This document shows positions 45,697-55,191 of a stretch of 64,000 bases of DNA, one piece after another (positions within the stretch are counted from its first letter, which is position 1; every line of letters begins with the position of its first letter). The notes under the pieces are model-generated. The model was not told the DNA's origin. It did no database searches and worked only from the letters and a program-made list of their open reading frames with translations. This DNA comes from a virus: positions 35,139 through 99,138 of IMG/VR virus record IMGVR_UViG_3300043449_001175; one strand, given 5' to 3'. Both the position numbers and the translations under genes were made by a program.

Positions 45697-48600
45697 ATGT
45701 CCAAAACTTATAGAATACGTACTGAGGTCGGTGTTGATAGACAAGTTAACATACAATTAGAACAAGACTTTGACCAATTAGAGATTTTATCTTTAAAAGT
45801 TAGGGGTGAAGATGTCTACACAAGAATGTGTGCGGACTATGGTGTAATTGTTGGTCGTGTTCTTGCTAATGGTGGATACGGTGTTCCAAATGTAAAAGTT
45901 TCAGTTTTTATTCCGATAACTGAAGAGGACCTTACTAATGAAATCATTTATGATTTATATCCTTATCAAAGTATTAACGATGTAAATGTTGATGGTTATA
46001 GATATAATCTTTTACCTTACGAACAACAACATACTGGACACGTACCAACAGGAACTTTTCCAAGTAAAAATGATATTTTAACAAACCCAGCCTTAATTGA
46101 AGTTTATGACAAGTATTATAAATTCACGGTTAAAACGAACGGTAGTGGTGATTACATGATAATGGGTGTTCCAATTGGAACATATACTGTTGTTATGGAT
46201 ATGGATTTGTCTGACATTGGACCATTTTCATTATCTCCACAAGATTTAATTAGAATGGGAAGGGCAACAGCCGACCAATTTGATGGTGTAAACTTTAAAA
46301 GTTCAACCAACCTATTTGAATTACCACAAATTTTAACTTTAAATCAAAGTGTAAACGTACAACCATTTTGGGGTCAACCCGAAATTTGTCAAATTGATAT
46401 TACAAGAACTGATTTTGATTTAAGACAATCAGGTATTAATATATTGCCAACAGCAATGTTCATGGGTTCTTTAGTAACCAACAGTAAAGATAATGCATTA
46501 CCAAAGAACTGTAAACCACCACAAGATTTAGGTAGTCTTTGTTCTTTAGAGACAGGACCTGGTGAGATTATTGGTGTAAGACAAACTATTTTTCAAGATA
46601 CTGAAGGTAGACCAATATTAGAACAAGCCCAATTTCCACAAGGTGTAAAAACAATTGACAACGATGGAACATGGTTATTAGAAGTCCCAATGAATTTGGA
46701 CTATGTAACTACGAATGAATTTGGTGAGCAAGTTTTAAGTCCTGACCCAAAAATTGGTATTCCGACTAAAGGAAAATATAGATTTAAAATTAAGTATTCA
46801 CAACCAGCCAACTTTGCAAAAGACGAAGTTAGACGAGCGTATTATTTAGTACCGAATATTAAAGAGTATGGTTGGGATACTGCTGACCCATATAATGACC
46901 CTATTTATAGACCAGATAATAATAGTGGATATCAAGAACTATTAGGTTCGTATTACTTTGGATTAGATTGGAGTGGATATACCAATCAACAAGACGCGAT
47001 TGAATGTAAAGATACATTTTATGAATTTCAATATAATAAAGTATACACGGTATCTCAATTAATAGATGAGTATAAAAAAGGTACTAATAGAAAAAAGTTT
47101 ATTGGTATTAAAGAAATTACTAATACTGAATGTGAAAGTGAGAACAATAGATTTCCCGCAACAGATGGACTTAGACAAAATTTTAGTATAATACCAACCT
47201 TAGTAACATATTTGTTATATGTTTCTTCATTAACAACTTTAGTATTATTACCTGTTGTACATATATTGGCGTTTATATGGCCGGCTATTAGATTATTAAT
47301 AACGATTGTTTATGGTACAGTGTTATCACTTATTGCTACTATTTGTAGAGCGATTAATTTGGTGAGTAAAAAAAGTAACCAAATTGAATGTCCTAAACCG
47401 GCAAATTTTCAAAACATTTTCAAATCGTTAACCAATCCATTTACTAAGATTACATTACCAAATTTAACGTATCCTGAATGTCAGTTTTGTGAATGTAAAC
47501 AAGAACCTGTACCACAAGACAATGATGAGTTAAGTGCGCTTCAAGAAGCTAGTGCACAAAATTCATTATCATTGAATGCCGATTTTTTTGTGTATGACAA
47601 TTGGAATCCAAGCCAATCTGATGTAAACGAACACAGAGAAGTTTTTGCTGGGTCAGGATTTAATGCTGAAAGTATTAGGGTTCCAATAAGACAAGTAGAT
47701 GGTAAAGATTTTGATTTCATAGATAAATTACCTACATGGGAAATCATTAACAAGTTCAATTTAAAATCAAAGTATTTTGATACAGACCCATACGCTGGTT
47801 CAAACAGAATTAAAGTTCAAATTGAACCAAAATATAATTCAAATACATTTCACTTTGATAATATTATGGCGGTATTTGTTGACCCAGATACCCAAACTTT
47901 TTTTGAATCAGGACAGTTAATTTCATTTCAAGAATTAACAAAATCAACCGACCCAAATACAAGTGGTGCAACAGATACTATAGATACAGGTATTACAGGA
48001 ACAACAAATGTTGGAAAAAGTGTTACTATGACATTTGCAAATCCAACATCACCAAGTTCATCAAATAGTGTAATATACAATTTCCCTACAGTACCTAATG
48101 AAGTTAAATCTTACAAGTTTCCAACTGACATTGAATATTTTCAAGTTATTACTGGTGTAACTTATACTGATTTTGTTAATCAAAATGCTGCTTACGCTCC
48201 TGGACCATCAGTTTGTAATTATATTTTTTATACAGTAACAAATAATACAAAAAACCCAATTATCATAAATTATACTGATAATAATGGTAATTCACAATCA
48301 ATTACTGTAGGTGTTTACATAGATAATGACACTAACACTACGTATGGCGCACAAACATCTTTTTGTGCTTGTGAAAACAGTCTAACATCATCTAGTAGTT
48401 TTACAATTGATAATCAAGAATCATGTTCTATTCCACCACAAGCTGGTTCGGTTTTACCAGGAAATTTATTAAGTCAATTAACTCAACAAATTGAATTGTT
48501 TAGGAATGATGGAAAGGACGGACATGACTTTTATAACTCATATATTGGACAATGGATTGGTGGTGAAATTAGTTTAATCTTTATGGTTAGAGGTGTTGAC

Positions 48601-50751
48601 CCACACAGTGGACGTAAATCAATCAAATATGATTTATCAAGAATTTTTGGTTACAGTAGTTACGGTAAAAAAGTTATTAGTGGTGATTTTTACATGAACG
48701 TACCAGTTCAAGCAGGATTAAAAACTGTTAGAAATAGTGAATTAACAAATAATTTACAAATTAATTCAAATGGTTATTTGTATTTTGAGTCCTTCCAATA
48801 TACTGCGGGAACTCAATACAAAGCGTATTCGACAATACTACAAACATATTATTCGGCATTAGATTTAACTCAAGTTGACAAATATGAAATTAAAAAATCA
48901 AACCCTGATAGTTTGTTAACAAGTGCAATGGTTTATAATGGTGGTAGCGGAGAGTTAGTTGCCAACAGTAGTACCGAAGGGTATGTTCAGGGTGAATATA
49001 TTGAAGGTGGTTCATTTATATGGGCAGAAAAAGCTAAGGGCTTAAGTAAAATTAAAAAAGATAAAAACGGTAATGATAATAATAATACAAGACCGTGGCT
49101 TTATTTTGCACCATCTTGGGCTAGATACGCACCAGGAAAAATGGTTGTTTATAGTCAAAAAATGGTCATGAGGTCTGATAGATTACCTGTTGGAACAATC
49201 TTTGATGGTAGTGAAAATAATTATTTTGCTTGGCAGGCATCAAACGCTTTACCATATATTTTTGTTGATGATGATGGTACGTCAAACACTCAAACTGTTG
49301 TTCCATCATTTGATTTTACTGACCCCACGTCAAATCCTGATATAACTACAGGGGCTACATTTAATGCAATTGCTAATTCATTCACTTGTGGTGGTATGGT
49401 TGATTTATCTTGTTATCAAGGTGACGGTGTTAATTTTACGGCTTTACCAGCGACTAATGAGTGTAATAAAAATTTTGGTGGTGAAGTAGTTGTTAAAGGT
49501 TGTTATACGTTGGTAAATAAACCATTTGTAACTTTATTACCAATTGGTCAACCTAATAATGATTATGCTTTAATCCTTGAGTGGATTTCAAGACTTAGAT
49601 TAATGATTGCTGTGTGTCAAGGAACTTTCTCACATACATTTGTCAATTCTTGGGTTAATGGAACTTTATTTGCGTTCCCATTTCAAAACGCTGTAAGATT
49701 TAATGCTAAAAATGAACCAATTGAAAGAACTGTTGTTTTAAATAAGGCTTTTTATAATTTTTGTGCCGATACAATTGTGTATGAACCACAATCTAATAAT
49801 TTCTATTATCGTTCAAGTCCGTGGGATGGTCAAAATTTTATTGGACAATATCCACCATCAGGTCTATTCAACTCACCGGTGAATGATAGAAACTTGTTGT
49901 ACCCAACTACTATAATGGACTTAGGTCCAAAGTTTATTTGGAGTAAAGATGTTAATAAGAGTCCTGAATATTTTGGATATCAAATGGACAGGTTCAATGC
50001 AACTTCTTGGAACAATGTATCTGACTTATTACAATTATTTATAATTTCAAGATTGTCAAACTCTATTTATTTAAAATCTATTGTTGGTAGTGGTGATGCA
50101 TCTATTCGTGGTTTCTTTAGTAGACCACAATTAAGAGTGGATGGTGATTATGCACAAATGTTACAGATTAACTCACAGTATGGTATTGTACCTTATACCG
50201 CTGATAATTACTTTGATGACCCCGCAACAACAACTGATAATGTTGTTTATGTGTCTGTTGATAATCAAAATAATTCTGTATTTGGTATTTTTTATAGTGG
50301 ATACACAGAAGACCGAGATTTGATTTCACCACGAAGAATTGATAGAACTTTTACGGGTAATACGTTAATTGCTGATTATTTGGGAACCAAATCACAAGAA
50401 GTACCATTTTATAGATGGTCAAATACCGCTTACGATTCAGTTAGTGCTCAACCATCAATATTTGGTAGTGATGAAAACAATTGGTATACTGACGGTAATG
50501 CTTACAAAGCAAAATATCAAAGTATTGACAGAATGGTCAACCCAATGTTTATTGGTGAGAACAATCAAATACAAAATAGAAGAGGTTACGTATACCAAAC
50601 AAATTCAAAAGGACAATACGCACCAACACCACCAAGAGGTAATAACAGATTAACCTTAACTAGTGCACCATGGTACTTCTATTTTGGTTTAAAGAAAGGT
50701 TCATCTGCAATGGATAAATTCACACAGTTATATATTCAATCAACAGAATAA
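45697..50751 (+). CDS. Large tail/baseplate-associated protein with an N-terminal transthyretin/carboxypeptidase-regulatory-like domain and an internal hydrophobic segment
   Basis: GVIVGRV...VPNVKVSVF...KTNGSGDYMIMGVPIG. Position after the wedge genes. TATTTAT at 45673. Confidence 0.55.
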   Translation: MSKTYRIRTEVGVDRQVNIQLEQDFDQLEILSLKVRGEDVYTRMCADYGVIVGRVLANGGYGVPNVKVSVFIPITEEDLTNEIIYDLYPYQSINDVNVDGYRYNLLPYEQQHTGHVPTGTFPSKNDILTNPALIEVYDKYYKFTVKTNGSGDYMIMGVPIGTYTVVMDMDLSDIGPFSLSPQDLIRMGRATADQFDGVNFKSSTNLFELPQILTLNQSVNVQPFWGQPEICQIDITRTDFDLRQSGINILPTAMFMGSLVTNSKDNALPKNCKPPQDLGSLCSLETGPGEIIGVRQTIFQDTEGRPILEQAQFPQGVKTIDNDGTWLLEVPMNLDYVTTNEFGEQVLSPDPKIGIPTKGKYRFKIKYSQPANFAKDEVRRAYYLVPNIKEYGWDTADPYNDPIYRPDNNSGYQELLGSYYFGLDWSGYTNQQDAIECKDTFYEFQYNKVYTVSQLIDEYKKGTNRKKFIGIKEITNTECESENNRFPATDGLRQNFSIIPTLVTYLLYVSSLTTLVLLPVVHILAFIWPAIRLLITIVYGTVLSLIATICRAINLVSKKSNQIECPKPANFQNIFKSLTNPFTKITLPNLTYPECQFCECKQEPVPQDNDELSALQEASAQNSLSLNADFFVYDNWNPSQSDVNEHREVFAGSGFNAESIRVPIRQVDGKDFDFIDKLPTWEIINKFNLKSKYFDTDPYAGSNRIKVQIEPKYNSNTFHFDNIMAVFVDPDTQTFFESGQLISFQELTKSTDPNTSGATDTIDTGITGTTNVGKSVTMTFANPTSPSSSNSVIYNFPTVPNEVKSYKFPTDIEYFQVITGVTYTDFVNQNAAYAPGPSVCNYIFYTVTNNTKNPIIINYTDNNGNSQSITVGVYIDNDTNTTYGAQTSFCACENSLTSSSSFTIDNQESCSIPPQAGSVLPGNLLSQLTQQIELFRNDGKDGHDFYNSYIGQWIGGEISLIFMVRGVDPHSGRKSIKYDLSRIFGYSSYGKKVISGDFYMNVPVQAGLKTVRNSELTNNLQINSNGYLYFESFQYTAGTQYKAYSTILQTYYSALDLTQVDKYEIKKSNPDSLLTSAMVYNGGSGELVANSSTEGYVQGEYIEGGSFIWAEKAKGLSKIKKDKNGNDNNNTRPWLYFAPSWARYAPGKMVVYSQKMVMRSDRLPVGTIFDGSENNYFAWQASNALPYIFVDDDGTSNTQTVVPSFDFTDPTSNPDITTGATFNAIANSFTCGGMVDLSCYQGDGVNFTALPATNECNKNFGGEVVVKGCYTLVNKPFVTLLPIGQPNNDYALILEWISRLRLMIAVCQGTFSHTFVNSWVNGTLFAFPFQNAVRFNAKNEPIERTVVLNKAFYNFCADTIVYEPQSNNFYYRSSPWDGQNFIGQYPPSGLFNSPVNDRNLLYPTTIMDLGPKFIWSKDVNKSPEYFGYQMDRFNATSWNNVSDLLQLFIISRLSNSIYLKSIVGSGDASIRGFFSRPQLRVDGDYAQMLQINSQYGIVPYTADNYFDDPATTTDNVVYVSVDNQNNSVFGIFYSGYTEDRDLISPRRIDRTFTGNTLIADYLGTKSQEVPFYRWSNTAYDSVSAQPSIFGSDENNWYTDGNAYKAKYQSIDRMVNPMFIGENNQIQNRRGYVYQTNSKGQYAPTPPRGNNRLTLTSAPWYFYFGLKKGSSAMDKFTQLYIQSTE

Positions 50752-52442
50752 TGAGCGAAAGTAATTATTTAATAGTAAAACCTGACTTAAGATTTAAATC
50801 GGCTCCCGATTCGGACATAACTTTTGTCACAGAACTTAATCAAACGCAATCTGAGGTTGTTGATTATGATAGAACGGTTAACATTAACTTGGCAACTTTG
50901 TTTAATGTTGAAAGACAAAAATCTGTTATATTTAGACCAACAGTTAAATTATCTTACATTTATGAAAATGGTTTGGTTGGATATAGTAATTATAGACCAT
51001 TTAGAGATAATCTATATTATGTTAACCCTGAGCAATCGGTTATTAATGGTGTTTGGAGTGGATTACCAACATATGAAGAATTTGAATTTATTAGAACAGA
51101 TGTTGATTCAACACAATTAAATTTTGTTACAAAAAGTGCATCATCGTACAATTGGAATGTTGTTTTATCGTATCCATATGAAAATGATTATTCGGTACCA
51201 ATGCAATATTATTTTTCAAATGGTTTATCATTAACACCTTGGGTGTCAGGTGATGGAATACCATTTCAAATTTCACAAGGTACTGAGAACGGAACACCAT
51301 TAATCCAATTTACTTGTCCTGTTCCACACGGATTATCGGTTAATGAATATGTTGAATTATCTTTTGATTATAGTGGTGTTAATACATTTCAAGTTTCTTT
51401 CTTAGGTAATAACACACTTGGCTCTGATGAATACATTTTTAATATATATAATGTAGGATTTACAGGAACAACATTTAATAGTGGAAATCAAGGTGTCTTC
51501 AAAAGAATTATTGATATTAATAACTCAGGAGAAACAAAATCAAAGTACTACGTTAGATTACACAAAATTATTAGTAATCCACACGATTCAATTATTACAA
51601 GAAACGGATTTGAATTAAATCCATTTAATGATGGTGCTGCGTATCAATTTTCCTCTTTAACACCAAACAACGTTGGAAGGGTTGTTAATTATCAAAGTTC
51701 AAACACTTACAATATTACAATGGCTCGTGATTTGGAGATAACCAATCAGGTTGATAATAATAAAAAACCTGTAACACAAGTGTTCGCAACATTTCAAAAT
51801 GTTGGATACTTTGGTTGGTTTAACCAATTAAGAAAAGGTTGGGCGTTTAATATGACATCGAAAGAAACAAACCCATGGTGGTCAACAACAAATCCTACAT
51901 CTTTGGAGAACAATATAACATCAGGTTATACCAAAGTTCAAAGTGGTGATACGTATAATTTTACGGTTAACTTACCAAGATATAGTGGTGACACAATGTA
52001 TGGTGATTGGTGTGAATGGAACGAAAGTGACCAATCGGAGAGAGTTGTTTCAAACTATATGAACAAAATGACTTACTACCAAAAAGCGTTTGATATTGCA
52101 CCAACGGCATCCACAAATCCAAATGGTTTTTATTATCAAGTTCATTACCCAATTACTTTAAAAGTTTTTTCTGATTATCTTGAAACTGCTGAACAAAGTG
52201 GAACAATAGGAATTCCTTATTGGGCATACTTTAGTAATAATAACAAGTTATGGTTTTGGAGAGATATTTACGAATATGGTTATATAGATAATTTAGGTAG
52301 GGGTGTTGATTATCCGTATTTAAATAGTTCTCATTATCCTTTCCAAGATATTGTTTTTAGGTTGTATCCTGAAGGCGCGTCATTTGACATAACAGAATTG
52401 TACCAAATTGTACCAGACCCGATAATAGATGGATGCGAATAA
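50751..52442 (+). CDS. Putative virion structural protein
   Basis: TAATG-coupled in the tail operon. Asn/Thr/Tyr-rich with several [ST]GxT motifs. Confidence 0.55.
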   Translation: MSESNYLIVKPDLRFKSAPDSDITFVTELNQTQSEVVDYDRTVNINLATLFNVERQKSVIFRPTVKLSYIYENGLVGYSNYRPFRDNLYYVNPEQSVINGVWSGLPTYEEFEFIRTDVDSTQLNFVTKSASSYNWNVVLSYPYENDYSVPMQYYFSNGLSLTPWVSGDGIPFQISQGTENGTPLIQFTCPVPHGLSVNEYVELSFDYSGVNTFQVSFLGNNTLGSDEYIFNIYNVGFTGTTFNSGNQGVFKRIIDINNSGETKSKYYVRLHKIISNPHDSIITRNGFELNPFNDGAAYQFSSLTPNNVGRVVNYQSSNTYNITMARDLEITNQVDNNKKPVTQVFATFQNVGYFGWFNQLRKGWAFNMTSKETNPWWSTTNPTSLENNITSGYTKVQSGDTYNFTVNLPRYSGDTMYGDWCEWNESDQSERVVSNYMNKMTYYQKAFDIAPTASTNPNGFYYQVHYPITLKVFSDYLETAEQSGTIGIPYWAYFSNNNKLWFWRDIYEYGYIDNLGRGVDYPYLNSSHYPFQDIVFRLYPEGASFDITELYQIVPDPIIDGCE

Positions 52443-53202
52443 GATAAGAGTGTTGTTTAACAACCAACCAAAAGATTTGGTTATTCCTCTTCAACAAGAG
52501 TGGGACTTCTATGGTCAACAACAAGCCATTGAACAATATGAATCAACTATAATTGAAAAAATATTGAATCAAGGTGATGACTATGAGGTGACAAGGTTTG
52601 ACCATCAGTTGTATGATAATACAAAAAGTTCACTTAATTATGATTTCTACTTAAGAAACCCAACCAATAGGTTGTGGCAAAATTCTTATTTATCAAAATT
52701 TACAACAAACCAAATCTATTATTTTCAACAAGCGTTTACAAAATCTTTTTGGAAACTTGATTTTTATGATACTCCAACCACAAGAACACAAAAGTCTTAT
52801 TTTACTGTAATACTACCAGTACAACAAGGTAAATTCCAATCAGCCGTATTGAATAATACAACAAACGTTACAATCAAACGACCAAGTTATCAGTTAGACT
52901 ATATTGGTGATAAAGAAGGGTTTTTTCTTTATTGGTTAAAATCAAGACAATTCTTAAACATCAATACTTTTTATATGACGGCAAAATTCTTCAATGGTGC
53001 AACAGGTCAATTTATTAAGATGATGAAAGCACCGCAAAGTACTTTACCAAATTTCTTTGATTTCCCTGCTGAAGAATATTTTTATTATAAAGTTGATTTA
53101 GATTATATAACACAAACTTACCAAGTGTTTGATTATCCACTAGGTACAAGAGCCGGAACAACATCAAATCCGATAAAATGGTATGAATACGTAAACCCAT
53201 AA
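52429..53202 (+). CDS. Putative virion structural protein
   Basis: Overlap-coupled ORF in the tail operon. Confidence 0.55.
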   Translation: MDANKIRVLFNNQPKDLVIPLQQEWDFYGQQQAIEQYESTIIEKILNQGDDYEVTRFDHQLYDNTKSSLNYDFYLRNPTNRLWQNSYLSKFTTNQIYYFQQAFTKSFWKLDFYDTPTTRTQKSYFTVILPVQQGKFQSAVLNNTTNVTIKRPSYQLDYIGDKEGFFLYWLKSRQFLNINTFYMTAKFFNGATGQFIKMMKAPQSTLPNFFDFPAEEYFYYKVDLDYITQTYQVFDYPLGTRAGTTSNPIKWYEYVNP

Positions 53203-54281
53203 TGGATACACAAGTAATGAATATAAGGGTATCACCCGAAGTCTTGAATACAATCATTCACGATGTTACTTACTCAGGTGAAACATTTGGGGTGTATTCT
53301 TCTATGACCCAAACATTAACCAGTGGTATCAATAACACATCAAGTTTAACAGGTCTTACGGTCCCAATTCTATTAACACAAAATACAATTGATTTAGGAT
53401 ACTATTCTGTTTTTGATGGTGCTGTTTCACAAATAAATGTGGTAAACAATTTTATATTTTCATCCACAACTGGTAATCCGTTTACTTGGTATGTTTATAA
53501 TACTGCTGATGTTGAGTTTAATGCTTACCTTCAGTTGTCAACATATTTTTTGGATTGGGGGGATGGAACACCATTACAACCAATAAACACATACGCACCA
53601 AATTCTATTGTACACACTTATAATACAAACCCAAGTAAATATACAATAACTTTATTTCAAAATAATCCTTGGGGCAACACAACAGTTTCTAAAAATATTC
53701 AGACACCATATGTTGATGTGCCTGATTTTAATCCACAAGGAACAGCATACTTTACACCAAACGTTGGTTCTTGGAGTGCAACACCAATATCGTACAATTA
53801 TATTTTTACTGGTGATAGTGTTAATTTAGTTGAAGACCAAGTTTCATCGGCATATGTTTCAGTACCATTTACTGTTAGTGGATATACGGATTCAAGAATT
53901 AATGACTTGGCATTTTACGGAACACCAAAATTTAAATTATTAGTACCTGTTCAAAAAAATAATGTTGATTATGGTATTATAACCGATATTAATTTAGTTT
54001 ATACTGCATACACAATACAAAACATTGACTATGTTGATTTTGCAGACGGAACAACAATTTTCTTCCTTCAATCGTCAGGTTTAACTGAAAATTGGATGGT
54101 ACAAGAACCTTTAGTAAAAGATGAATTATTATTAGGAATAATTTCTCAAGCAGAAGTGCAATCCAATGTATTTATAGAAAGAGGTAAAAACTCGGCCTAT
54201 GAAAGAATACAAAGAATAGGTGAAGTAGATAACCTTGGAGATTTAATAAAATATGGATATTACTTTTTTAACGTAACATAA
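53202..54281 (+). CDS. Putative virion protein with a PKD-like domain
   Basis: YFLDWGDGT...HTY...YTITL PKD signature. Confidence 0.6.
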   Translation: MDTQVMNIRVSPEVLNTIIHDVTYSGETFGVYSSMTQTLTSGINNTSSLTGLTVPILLTQNTIDLGYYSVFDGAVSQINVVNNFIFSSTTGNPFTWYVYNTADVEFNAYLQLSTYFLDWGDGTPLQPINTYAPNSIVHTYNTNPSKYTITLFQNNPWGNTTVSKNIQTPYVDVPDFNPQGTAYFTPNVGSWSATPISYNYIFTGDSVNLVEDQVSSAYVSVPFTVSGYTDSRINDLAFYGTPKFKLLVPVQKNNVDYGIITDINLVYTAYTIQNIDYVDFADGTTIFFLQSSGLTENWMVQEPLVKDELLLGIISQAEVQSNVFIERGKNSAYERIQRIGEVDNLGDLIKYGYYFFNVT

Positions 54282-54282
54282 T

Positions 54283-55191
54283 ATGGCAACTGGAACATAT
54301 GGAACTATAAGACCCGCTGATGTATCACCTGAAGATGTGAGTATCGTCATGAATTACACACCGTCAAGAGATGTAACGGACAATTTTGTCCTTACAACCT
54401 TGGACGCTACATCAATATTGAGACCTTATTTTAATAACGCAGCGACTGGCGGAAATTCAAATGAAATATTGGGTGGTTTGTATAATCTTAGATTACCTGC
54501 CGAAACGTTTACACAGTTGGGTATTTACACTCTTTATATAAGACCTGCAGAAATCAGAACAAGTATTACTGACTGTGGTGTTTTATCGGCATTACCAAAC
54601 GTAAAAGGTATTGTTATTGATTTGAGTAATGTACCTAGTCAATTTGTAAATAAATTTGTTGCTCAAGGTTTAGTTGGATTTAGAGTTGAATATTTAAATG
54701 CTGATGGTAGTAAAATACCAAATTTCTTTAGAATAGTTACTTCAAATTTTTATTGTGAACCTGTAATTCAAAATTTAACAAATACATTACAGAAAGCTGT
54801 AAGATACAGATATACGGAAGGTCAAACTAATTTAGTGTTTTGTACATTATCACCAAGTTCGTCACCAACAAACAAACCAAACGCCACTCCATATATTGGA
54901 CAACCAGCTCAAAATATTGTATTGTCAAATACGTTCTTCAACCCATTAATGTTAGAAGTACAAGTTTCTCAATACGACATTGATACATTGGGTATTGCTT
55001 TATATGGTAATCAAACTAAATCTATGGAGGATGGTATCTACACAATCTATGATGCTCAAAACAACATCTATCAACAGTTTAACTTGTATGAAATTAAAGA
55101 TGACTTTAATAACTTGTTGTATGAGGTTAAAGATAATAGAGGTACTAACATTGACTTCAGTAAAAGTTATCAAAATATTACAGCTCAATAA
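54283..55191 (+). CDS. Putative virion structural protein
   Basis: 302-aa ORF within the coupled tail operon. Confidence 0.55.
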   Translation: MATGTYGTIRPADVSPEDVSIVMNYTPSRDVTDNFVLTTLDATSILRPYFNNAATGGNSNEILGGLYNLRLPAETFTQLGIYTLYIRPAEIRTSITDCGVLSALPNVKGIVIDLSNVPSQFVNKFVAQGLVGFRVEYLNADGSKIPNFFRIVTSNFYCEPVIQNLTNTLQKAVRYRYTEGQTNLVFCTLSPSSSPTNKPNATPYIGQPAQNIVLSNTFFNPLMLEVQVSQYDIDTLGIALYGNQTKSMEDGIYTIYDAQNNIYQQFNLYEIKDDFNNLLYEVKDNRGTNIDFSKSYQNITAQ

